A stretch of DNA of 63,985 bases, the filler included, from Octopus bimaculoides (Eukaryota): assembly GCF_001194135.2 (NCBI RefSeq). It is 9 parts of 8 records of this genome, joined end to end, with 100 filler letters (N's around TTAATTAATTAA, not from the genome) between each part and the next. Parts side by side here need not be neighbours in the genome. Positions count along the whole stretch, not along the records: positions 18,639 to 34,128 come from NC_068995.1; positions 34,229 to 39,033 come from NC_069009.1; 7 more parts are not named here. One strand, 5' to 3'. The position numbers were made by a program, and so were the translations under genes. How positions within the stretch are numbered: position 1 is the stretch's first letter; each line of letters begins with the position of its first letter. The notes beneath the pieces are model-generated. The model was given only the letters and a program-made list of their open reading frames with translations. It searched no databases and was not told where the DNA came from. This document shows positions 25,081-35,931 of the stretch, one piece after another.

Positions 25081-27734
25081 TTTCAAATATTAAAAAAAAG
25101 ATTTTTTTTAATTTTTAAAAAATATTTTAATCGTCTGATAAAACTTTTTTAGTCGGTGGACATTTATTTAATTTTATTTTTGCCTTTACTTATTTCATAT
25201 TTGTCTATTAGGTTTTTTTGGTAGTTTTTGAATTTCTAGCCGTTTATATTTAATTTTTTTATAGGCCGTTCTATTTGTATTTTATTCGATTATATACTTT
25301 TACCGTCTGTGATTTTATGTATATGTATTATTTTTTATGTGTTTGAAAACCATGGTGATTTTTATATATGATTAAATGTTTGAGGGGTGGTGTTGTATGT
25401 AAAGTTGTTGACCCAAATTTAATGTTTGTTCTGTAACCAATGCTTCTTTATATATGTATATANNNNNNNNNNNNNNNNNNNNNNNNNNNNNNNNNNNNNN
25501 NNNNNNNNNNNNNNNNNNNNNNNNNNNNNNNNNNNNNNNNNNNNNNNNNNNNNNNNNNNNNNNNNNNNNNNNNNNNNNNNNNNNNNNNNNNNNNNNNNNN
25601 NNNNNNNNNNNNNNNNNNNNNNNNNNNNNNNNNNNNNNNNNNNNNNNNNNNNNNNNNNNNNNNNNNNNNNNNNNNNNNNNNNNNNNNNNNNNNNNNNNNN
25701 NNNNNNNNNNNNNNNNNNNNNNNNNNNNNNNNNNNNNNNNNNNNNNNNNNNNNNNNNNNNNNNNNNNNNNNNNNNNNNNNNNNNNNNNNNNNNNNNNNNN
25801 NNNNNNNNNNNNNNNNNNNNNNNNNNNNNNNNNNNNNNNNNNNNNNNNNNNNNNNNNNNNNNNNNNNNNNNNNNNNNNNNNNNNNNNNNNNNNNNNNNNN
25901 NNNNNNNNNNNNNNNNNNNNNNNNNNNNNNNNNNNNNNNNNNNNNNNNNNNNNNNNNNNNNNNNNNNNNNNNNNNNNNNNNNNNNNNNNNNNNNNNNNNN
26001 NNNNNNNNNNNNNNNNNNNNNNNNNNNNNNNNNNNNNNNNNNNNNNNNNNNNNNNNNNNNNNNNNNNNNNNNNNNCTCTCTCTATTTCTCTCTGATACAA
26101 AAAGAAACTGAAGTATTTAGAAACTAATTTATTTGAATTTATAGCAACCTAAACGCCAATTTTTTTTTGTGTGTTTTGTTTTCATATCTACAAGAAACCT
26201 TGTTTCTTTATAAATTAATGTAGTTGAATATATGAAAACTTTTTTTAAAATAGCATATTTTTATGAATAACTTGCATATGTCGCAAGTTATGCAAGACCA
26301 CAGTCTTGAAAGTCGAAGAAGAATATGCCTTTATATTGACAACTGTTATCACAACGCGCAAAGAGATAAAGTACCAGGTCTTGTCTACATTCGAACCTAG
26401 ACTAGAGGAAGTTATGGATTTTAATAGTGCACTTAACGATTTTCTTTGATTCTCCGCCTCTTTTATGTTAAGATATATTTATTATCTGTATTTTTGAATT
26501 TGTATCTATGTGTGTGTATATATTTACTTATATATAAGTGTATGTCGGTATGTGTGTGTTTGTGTGTGTGTCTGTGTCTCTATGTGTGTGTGTGAAAATG
26601 TATGTGTGTGAAAAAGTACGTGTGTATACGTATGTATGTCACTATATCTATATGTACATATAAGCACACACACATACACACACGCATGCAGTCACACATA
26701 TGCATATCTACGTACGCACGTATGTATGTATATAAATGTATAAATGCATATATGAAAGCGTGAGCATCTGTATGTACATGCATGCGTATAGATATATGAG
26801 TGTTTGATAATATGTGCGTGTGTATGTCTATATGCGCGTGCATGGATGTGGGTGTACGTGCGTTTGTGTGTGTGCGCGCGCGCGTCCTTTATAATTCAAT
26901 TTGTTCATAGAATTTCAGTCTTTTTTTCTGTTTTGCCAGAAAACATGAAGAGGTCTTATTTAGAACTGTTGTCTCTTCAAATATATCACACATTTGTGTG
27001 TATATCTGCGTGTGTTTGTGTGTGCATATGTGTTTACGTTCGTGTGTGTGAGTGAGTGTGTGTAAGGTAAATACTTAATACAAACGAAATACAAACGAAA
27101 GCAACAATAACACTAATAACACAGCAACAAAAGCAGCAGCAGCAACAACACCAACAGCAGCAACAACATCGACAACAGCAGCTGCAGCAATAAGAGAATA
27201 TTAAAAATATCAGAAACAAATGCAACAACAACAGTAACAATAACACCAGCAATAACATAATTGAAACGAGTAACTTTAAAAGCAACTGTAACAACAACAA
27301 CAACAACAATTATAACAACAACAATAACTATAACAAAAATAACTAAACAACAGCAATAACTGAAGTAACAACAATAAATACAATAACATCAATAACTAAT
27401 AACAATTGTAACGATAACAACGATAATGATTATAACAACAACAACAACAACAACAATAACAATAAAAAGTACAGCAGACCTCTGCTGCTTATACCACAAC
27501 ATAGAGTTATTCAAAATGAAATTGAAATTAATGTTTTAATATTTTTAAGACCTAAATTTGCTATTTAAGTTATCGATAATATTTTTGTGATGTTTTTTCA
27601 GCGGAGGTGGAGAGGTGAGGGTGTTTCTGCCATGTGACTATCCCATATTACATATGTGTATGTGTGTGTATATGTGCACACACAGATACACACACACACA
27701 TATATCTACATATATATATATAAGTGGATGTATG

Positions 27735-27785
<51 letters not shown>

Positions 27786-27790
27786 ATATA

Positions 27791-29021
27791 CAAAGACATG
27801 ACAGAAGTAAATAGACACCCTTAGAAGCATGAAAATTTATTTAAATCTGAAATTATACATTCAAATTATTTATTAATTGTTATAATGTGAATATTTAATA
27901 TTTAGTAGACATGCCCATTGCAATTTTCAATGCAAGGGCCCTATTAGGTATGTTATTGGTCAGATAATGAATATTCTCCTGCAGAATTTCTTGCCAAGTT
28001 TCATGCAGTAATCTCAAAAGATCTGGCTTTGAAGATACTTTCTTGTTCTTTTTACGAAGTGTCCTATCCCTTATGTCCCAGGGGTGTTCAATACGGTTCA
28101 AATCTGGTGATTGGCTTGGCTATGGAAGCTTTTTAATGCCATTCTCATCCAACAAATCTTGGATCATTTTAGCCGTGTGACAACGAGCCCCATCTTCTAT
28201 AAATAAGGAGTCTGCTTTAATCATCCACCACTAGAGAAGATTTGAAGGAGTCCTTTCTGCAATATGGACACATATTTATCTAAGTTTATGTTTCCCTCAC
28301 ACTCCCCCAATTCTGTTCAACCATTGCTCCAAATTGTTCCCCAGACCATCACAGAATAGCTGCCGTGTTTCTTTGCTGGCTGCAATCTTTTCACATCAAA
28401 TTCAGTCTCCAGACCCACACTCAACCACTGTCAGGAAATACAGCAAATCTGGACTCATCAGAGAGTATAACAGCGTTCCAAAATGTTTGAGGCTTCTCCA
28501 CCATCTCACTGGCCCATTTTTTTCCGCTTGTTGTTGGCTGGTCGAAGAAATGGCTTCTTTCTTATTGCTCTGCCATAGTAACCAAGTTTTTGGAGATACC
28601 TGACAGGTGTTCTGGGACTAACATCAACTTTTTCTGCTATCTCAAAGTCCTTGCAACGAGGATTATCCTCCACACCTCTCGTAGCAAAGAAAAGGGTGCT
28701 GTCAGAGGGCCCTAGTTGATCTGGGTGAGGTGATGTGGACTCCTTCCCCTCTCTGGTGAATTGCACAATTACTCTATTATTTGTAGAAAGCGAGATCCCT
28801 AGGTTTTCTGCGATTTTACTCTATGTCCACTTTCACAATACGGCCTCTTTGAAATTCAGACAGTTCCAAGGCTTCTTTTGTACATGGCATGATTAAATAG
28901 TCACATATAGAATTTGAAACATAAAAAATGTCAATTCACAAAAAATATAAACCTTTACAAGTTAGAATAAACATAAAAACGATGTTTTATGGGGTGTCTA
29001 TTTACTTCTGTCGTGTCTGTG
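27791..29021 (-). mobile_element. Full-length defective Tc1-type DNA transposon
   Basis: 30-bp TIRs (27791-27820 and 28992-29021, 2 mismatches), TA on the left. Minus-strand transposase remnants: [45 protein letters not shown]...TKY. Confidence 0.92.
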
Positions 29022-29956
29022 TTTATATGTGTTTAAACATTTTAAAATAAAAATTTGATTTTCTCAGGTTATTTAACTCGTGAAAAACGTAAAACAAAAC
29101 ATGCGTAATTTCACGAATTGTGGAAAAACTGACTGAATAAAGTTTATTTTATCTGTTGTTGCTATATCATACAACTACGGTTGAAGTTGAATAATATTCT
29201 TAAGGCCATAATTTACTCACACGCAGCATCTTTCAGAGCTTGTCACCAATTCTGTTCTTAGCCAAATGCAAAACATATTTGAAGAGTACTGGTCCCAAGC
29301 TTCGTTTTGGCATAAAAAAATTGAGATTTGGTCCAGTAGAAAAAAGTTTACATCAAAATTTGTAGCAACATTAAGAGTAAGTAACGCCACCAATCAAGTT
29401 TAGATCTAAATAACTTCTTTATTTTTGAAGCAAAATATATTTATCTTAGCTTCAATGAAAGAAGAAAGTGTGAAGAATTTCATAGTTTCGGTCCCATGCA
29501 ACAAAAATTTGTATCAAAAAAGTTGTGAAGTAAAATATCCTGAAAAATATAAGGCAAAAAATTGGATGTAAGTATAATTAACTCTCTTATTTTAAGAACA
29601 AACTATATTTTAATTAAACTTAAATGATAGGGCTCAATTCGAGGAATTTCATGGTATCAATCTCATGCAATGAAGTTTTAAAAGAAAAAAGTTATGAGTG
29701 TTTGTTTCTCAAATTTGAGGGTGATAATATAGTTCTATACTTTTTTATGAATATTGTTGTAGGGGACTTTTAATATATGTCACCGGCATCATTGAGGTAA
29801 GGAAAAAAATTATCAACGACACCGCAATTTGACACATTTCACACATTATTAATTAGCATAATAGCATAGCCTGGAAACATGGGTTACATGGAAAAATGCG
29901 AGCAAGTGAAATAATATTCTTATGATTATGAATTTGGAAAAGTACACAAGTTATTA

Positions 29957-30036
29957 CACTTAGAAAAGTTCAGGAGAAGTTATTACATCTGGTTACTTTA
30001 CCGGATATAATAACATGTCCTGAACTTTTCCAAGTG
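29957..30036. mobile_element. 80-bp palindromic MITE flanked by TA
   Basis: cacttagaaaagttcagga...tcctgaacttttccaagtg, with inner arms gttattacatctggt / accggatataataac. TA at 29955-56 and 30037-38. Confidence 0.75.
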
Positions 30037-30799
30037 TAATTACTTAAAATATTGCAGCTAAGGATAAAATTTGAATATCAAAAATTATTTGATTTTAATT
30101 TACAAAGTAACATTATAATTTAAAAAGGTACCATCATTCTGTTAAAATATTGACACATTAAAAAATGAGAGCCAGAAGTACCAATATAGCTAAAGTTTTA
30201 TGCAAAGTAGAATAGTATATATGATAGGCAAATTCTTTATGAAAAAAATGGGTATGGGTGAAGACTAAAAATGTGAAGACTTGACATTAACAGGCTATAA
30301 CTCAAGCAAAATTTACTGCGAATTTGTGATTACAGGTAGATTTTACTGTAATATATAACTAATTTTTGTATTACTCTATTTATTGTACTAACTAATTATG
30401 CACTACTATTATCTTTTATAACCTATTTTCAAATTTTTAATTAATTAATAATTTTAAAGATGAATTGTTTTAAATGCAAAAAAAAATTTAATTGAGTAAT
30501 GTTTTATTTTTATAGAAGTAACACGTAATGACAAATACAAGTAATAACTTGAAATAAAATGTTTAGTTTTAATAAAAGCTAGTGTTTTCTAAATCTAAAT
30601 ATTTTATATATATCTATCTATATATATATATATAGGCAACAAGCAAAAATGCTAGTTCTAACATCTCTTTAAGAGATCAACATAGTAGTTGTACTGAGAT
30701 GTAATATTCGTAGCCACTTTAACATGACTGTCCGTCGCTAGGAGAATATTACTTCCATATATATATGGATATGTGGGTGTGTATATAGATATACATAGA

Positions 30800-31040
30800 T
30801 ACTTGCGGGACGGACTGCTCCAACGAAGTCGTGTATTGTCCTTGCCTTCGAAACGCGGAGTAGATGGAACAGGGACAACTGAAGAAGGATAATATTCTTT
30901 ATGTTGTATGTCTCAGTTCTCTGTTTGTTTTTTCGTTGTTCAAAAAAAGTTCTTTTCTGTCTTCGTCTTTATATTTTCGTTTCTCATTGTGCTTAACGTT
31001 CTTTGTGATGTCCTGTACCCATATATGCTTGTATGTATAC
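30800..31040 (+). mobile_element. Penelope-like terminal-repeat fragment, related to 54130-54320
   Basis: Shared cttcgaaacgc...(ct/a)ga(a/t)gaagga(t/a)a...tgtcctgtaccca motifs in both copies. Confidence 0.45.
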
Positions 31041-31189
31041 ATATAGATGTCGGTATGTACATATAAGTATGGATATATGCATATAATTATATATTATTTA
31101 TGTCACATATATATTATATATATATAATTAGTTATAGGGTTCAATAGTATCTAGGAACATCAACAAGACACCAGAAATGGCTAGGTACA

Positions 31190-31630
31190 ATAACATAGAG
31201 CTCATAGTGAATGTTCATTAAAAATATTATTTATAGATGTGATGTAATAAGTGGTCTAAGTACTTTAACCTACATAGGTACCACTTCTTGCAAATTTAAG
31301 CGAAGAGTATATAATAATTTTAATATTTTCAATAATCGTAGTAAGGTTACGGTTATATCGCTCGTAGGCAAAATTTGGGAACTGAAAGGCAAAAACATTA
31401 GATTGCAAATTACCAGGAACATCATAGAATATACACTACCATATTCAAATGATAAGTATGGATTAAGCCTTTGCTGCGCTGAATTATGGGAAATACTTAA
31501 ACGTTCATGTAATATCCTTATCAAGCCTGATGGAGTTAGACTGAAATACTCGCTTCGCATAAGAAACATATTTTCATACTTTATCAGTTATTTAACAGGC
31601 TTCGAATACTACTACTTATTTTTAACTTCT
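31190..31630 (+). mobile_element. Penelope-like element GIY-YIG endonuclease remnant
   Basis: NIIYRCDV...TYIGTTSCKFKRRVYNN...SLVGKIWELKGKN...PYSND...LCCAELWEIL follows the PLE GIY-YIG layout. Confidence 0.75.
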
Positions 31631-31848
31631 TAGCTTCTATTTAACCATACACTGTAACGTAATTAAGTACAGTCGTCCGATTAAAATATTATTTAAGCGA
31701 TACATCGTATTATGTCAACGGCCGCCTGGTTACGCATTCTCATTATATTTGTTTGCAAACATTATATTCAATAACTAGTGAAATATTTGACAAGCCAGTG
31801 TATGACCTCCTAACCTTCTGCCATTTGTCTGCGCTTTCTTTATATATA

Positions 31849-32560
31849 CAGGCATGCACTTAAGTCATTTCGATTTAAGTCGTTCTCGATTATACGTCAG
31901 TTTTCAAAAATAATATATGGAACAATAAAAATCAAGTCATTTTACTCGACTTTACGTCTGTCCGCCACAAATACTGGATCGAAAATCACTAGAAAACCGT
32001 TGTCTTATTTATTGGTCTTTCGGAGCTCATATTGCACTCTAGTTCCAATATCTAACGTTAGCCGTCGTTGTCACTCGTGATTCCCGCAATTATTTTGAAT
32101 TCAGATTTGTTTACGCCTGTTTATCGGCTACTTTCTTAATCTCATTCATTTATGACTTTATTTTTTGCTCCCATAGATCCTAAGAAAATTCATAGTGAAA
32201 GTGCTAAGCGTCATGCTATATCGCTGGAAGATAAAACGCCTCGCAAAAGGTGAAAAAGTGGTAGCAATTGCACGATCTTTTCGGATGAGTCGGACAACTG
32301 TATCGACGATTGTACATAATAAGGACAAGATTTTAGCAAGCATGGTTTTTATTAACCATATATTATTGAAAATGCGTTCATAAAAAAGTAAGAGAACTGG
32401 GAATGGTTATTGCCGGTTTAGCCTAGAGACAAGTAAATTCGGCCTCGCCTAGCCTAGGAGGTATGCTGCTGTTTGCCTGAAGATGGTGGATTACATGATT
32501 TGATGTAATCTATGAATACTTCAATAAAATTCTACCGAAATAGCTGTCGTAAATTCAGAA
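31849..32560 (+). mobile_element. Tigger/pogo-like transposon 5' fragment with CENP-B-type HTH
   Basis: TA|CAGGCATGC terminus. The peptide IKRLAKGEKVVAIARSFRMSRTTVSTIVHNKDKI resembles the pogo/CENP-B N-terminal HTH. The element runs into a gap. Confidence 0.7.
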
Positions 32561-33509
32561 CCTCATTTCTGTTCACATTTTATATATGTGTATANNNNNN
32601 NNNNNNNNNNNNNNNNNNNNNNNNNNNNNNNNNNNNNNNNNNNNNNNNNNNNNNNNNNNNNNNNNNNNNNNNNNNNNNNNNNNNNNNNNNNNNNNNNNNN
32701 NNNNNNNNNNNNNNNNNNNNNNNNNNNNNNNNNNNNNNNNNNNNNNNNNNNNNNNNNNNNNNNNNNNNNNNNNNNNNNNNNNNNNNNNNNNNNNNNNNNN
32801 NNNNNNNNNNNNNNNNNNNNNNNNNNNNNNNNNNNNNNNNNNNNNNNNNNNNNNNNNNNNNNNNNNNNNNNNNNNNNNNNNNNNNNNNNNNNNNNNNNNN
32901 NNNNNNNNNNNNNNNNNNNNNNNNNNNNNNNNNNNNNNNNNNNNNNNNNNNNNNNNNNNNNNNNNNNNNNNNNNNNNNNNNNNNNNNNNNNNNNNNNNNN
33001 NNNNNNNNNNNNNNNNNNNNNNNNNNNNNNNNNNNNNNNNNNNNNNNNNNNNNNNNNNNNNNNNNNNNNNNNNNNNNNNNNNNNNNNNNNNNNNNNNNNN
33101 NNNNNNNNNNNNNNNNNNNNNNNNNNNNNNNNNNNNNNNNNNNNNNNNNNNNNNNNNNNNNNNNNNNNNNNNNNNNNNNNNNNNNNNNNNNNNNNNNNNN
33201 NNNNNNNNNNNNNNNNNNNNNNNNNNNNNNNNNNNNNNNNNNNNNNNNNNNNNNNNNNNNNNNNNNNNNNNNNNNNNNNNNNNNNNNNNNNNNNNNNNNN
33301 NNNNNNNNNNNNNNNNNNNNNNNNNNNNNNNNNNNNNNNNNNNNNNNNNNNNNNNNNNNNNNNNNNNNNNNNNNNNNNNNNNNNNNNNNNNNTATATATA
33401 TATATATATATACCTACCTACGTATGTGAGTATGTATGCATGTATGTATGTGTGTGTGTATGTATGTACGTATGTATGTACGTATTGTATGTATGTGTGT
33501 GTATGTATG

Positions 33510-33543
<34 letters not shown>

Positions 33544-33823
33544 TGTACAATGTGAAATGGAAGGTAACATTCTAAAATGTGTGGAAAATTCATTTTTATT
33601 AAATAATAACGAAATATAACTATTGTCATTTAGTGACCCCATATTGTTTTCTTTAGTTTGGGAAATATTACTGCTGATCTTAATGATATATTTGCAAATC
33701 TGATTCACTTATGTACTATATATATATACATTCACACATACATATACATATATATATATAGCAGCATACCAAAAACGTGAGCGGGCAAGACATTTAAAAT
33801 CACCTAAAAAAATCATTATTAAA

Positions 33824-33882
33824 CAGGAACCAGGTTTCGGATTTAACAAATTCTTACCATTTGTCTATTCCTCATCAGCCTG
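33824..33882 (-). ncRNA. Type I hammerhead-ribozyme candidate with intact catalytic core
   Basis: Minus strand: CAGG-CTGATGA-GGA(at...aa)TCC-GAAA-CC-T-GG-T-T-CCTG. Stem I CAGG/CCTG, stem II GGA/TCC, short stem III, GUU cleavage triplet. Confidence 0.65.
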
Positions 33883-34228
33883 ATTTGTAATGTAGCAGCA
33901 ATTATCAGAATCCTATACATAGTTGCCCACCGCCATGTGTGCGCGTGCATATGGTTCTGCTAATTACAGCTTAATGGTAAAATTCAAAGGTCTTCGTTTT
34001 GGCGCGCTAATTCCAGGAATATATCCGCAGAAAATATTTACTGCGTCGAATATATTCAGTATGAGAACATGAGTAATGGGTAAATATTATTATAAGATCT
34101 GGTAATTAGTCATATATTAATATATTAANNNNNNNNNNNNNNNNNNNNNNNNNNNNNNNNNNNNNNNNNNNNTTAATTAATTAANNNNNNNNNNNNNNNN
34201 NNNNNNNNNNNNNNNNNNNNNNNNNNNN

Positions 34229-35567
34229 AGTGAGACACTGGGGCAGATGTAATCGACTAGTCCCCTCCCCCAGAATTTCAGGCCTTGTGCCCCCAGTAGA
34301 AAGGGTCATCATTATCATTACCTCAGCGCTTAGCGAAAGCGGAGGTATTGTTTTCAGTCGTGTTTGTTTGTTTGTCCGTGGACAAGATATCTCAAGAACC
34401 GTTGGATGGATTTGGATGAAACTTTCTTGGATGTTTGGCCTCATGATTGGCATGAGCTGATTAGATTTTGGGATCGATCCGGTACCGGACAAGGATTCTG
34501 GATTATTTTTCCTGTTTTCTTTTTTTTACTTAATTAGCAAGCTGCCAGAATCGTTATTCACGCTCGGCCAAATACTTAGTGTCATATCATTCATTTTACG
34601 TTCTGATCCCGAATTCCGTCGATCTCAGATTTGCTCTTCATTCTTTCAGGGTCAATAAAACAAGGACCTGTTGAGTGCTTGGGTTGATGCAATCGACCCC
34701 AGAGCTTGCCGGCCTTGTACCAAAAAATTAAAACCATTATTTCTTTTTTGTGGGGGCGGTGTGCTGGCAGAATTGTGACCATGCCAGACAAAATGCTTAA
34801 CAGTGTTTCGTCCGTCTTCATGTTCCAAGTTCAAATTCCTCCGAGGTCGACTTTGCCAGTCATTCTTGCAAGGTTAACAAAATAAGTACCAGTTGTACAC
34901 TGGAGTCGATGTGATTGACTTACTCCCTCCCCACCAAAGGATTATTATTATTATTATTAAAGCTGTGAGGTGGCAGAATCGTTAGCATGCCGGACAAAAT
35001 GCTTTGCAGCTTTTCATCCGTTTTTATGTTCTGACTTCAACTTTGTCCTGGTGGATAAAGTAAGGCAACAGCTGAGTACTGCGGTTGGTATAATCGACTT
35101 CATCCCTCCCCTCAAAAACAGCTGGCTCTGTGCCAAAATTTGATACCATTATTATTATTATTATTGTTGTTGTTACGACGCCGAAATGCTCAGAGGTATT
35201 TCGCTCGTTGCTACATTCTGAGTTCAAATTCCGCCAAGGTCGACTTTACCTTTCATCCTTTCGGGGTCGATAAATTAAGGACCAATGAAACACTGGGGTC
35301 GATGTAATCGACTAATCCCCTCCCCCAAAATTTCAGTAGAAAGAATTATTATTAAGGTGGTGAGCTGGCAAAATCCTTAGCATGCCAGCCAAAATGCTTG
35401 GTGGCGTTCCACCTCCTCTATGTCCTGAGTTCAAATTCCACCGAGGTCGAATTTACCTTTCATCCTTTCGGGCTTCATAAAATAAGTACCAGTTGAGCAC
35501 TGGGGTCGATGTAATCGACTTACCCCTCCCCTGAAATTGCTAGCCTTGTGCCAAAATTGGAAACCAT
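34229..35567 (+). mobile_element. Array of ~6 head-to-tail family B SINE copies separated by (ATT)n
   Basis: Repeated gttc(t/c)(g/a)agttcaaattcc...gaggtcgacttt...gatgtaatcgac...ccaaaatt(t/g)gaaaccattatt units, all on +. Confidence 0.8.
34317..34535 (+). mobile_element. 5' part of a Helentron-like non-autonomous element (HINE/DINE-type)
   Basis: Near-identical to the first ~200 bp of the 35568-35931 copy. Confidence 0.65.
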
Positions 35568-35931
35568 TATTACCTCCGCCTTCGCTAAGGCGGAAGTATT
35601 ATTTCAGTTGTGTTTGTTTGTCTGTCCGTGGACAAGATATCTTCAAGAACCGCTGGATGGATTCCGATGAGACTTTCAGGGATGTTTGGCCTCGTGACTG
35701 GCACGAACTGGGATTGATCCAATACCGGACAAGGATTCTGGATTATTTTTCCTGCTTTTTTTTTTTCACTTAATTTTTGAGAGCGGTCGGGGTTCATTTT
35801 TAGTATTCTCATTTGTGAGAGCAGTCAAGTTTATTTCAGATATTCTCATTTTAAAAATCATCTCTGGCTAATCGTTGAGAAGACGTTGGTGTTGCCTTGG
35901 CGGAGGTTTGCGCTCTCTGAGTGCTCTTGTT
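35568..35931 (+). mobile_element. Complete Helentron-like non-autonomous element (HINE/DINE-type)
   Basis: 5' subTIR acctccgcc with nearby inverted copy ggcggaagt, (GTTT/GTCT) microsatellite, 3' subTIR ggcggaggt, 3' hairpin gcgctc-tct-gagtgc, T-rich flanks. Confidence 0.7.

Noticed and set aside
26305-26450. 49-codon open stretch (LKVEEEYAFILTTVITTRKEIKYQVL...)
   Set aside because: No recognisable domain, weak acceptor, no linked exons. This length is within chance expectation.
27050-27470. Gln/Asn-rich or hydrophobic ORF
   Set aside because: It is a cryptic (CAA/TAA/CAG)n simple repeat with frequent stops.
34229-35567. CRISPR-like or tRNA-gene-array interpretation of the regularly recurring motifs
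   Set aside because: The units are diverged ~200-bp SINEs. There are no identical short repeats with unique spacers and no complete cloverleaf.
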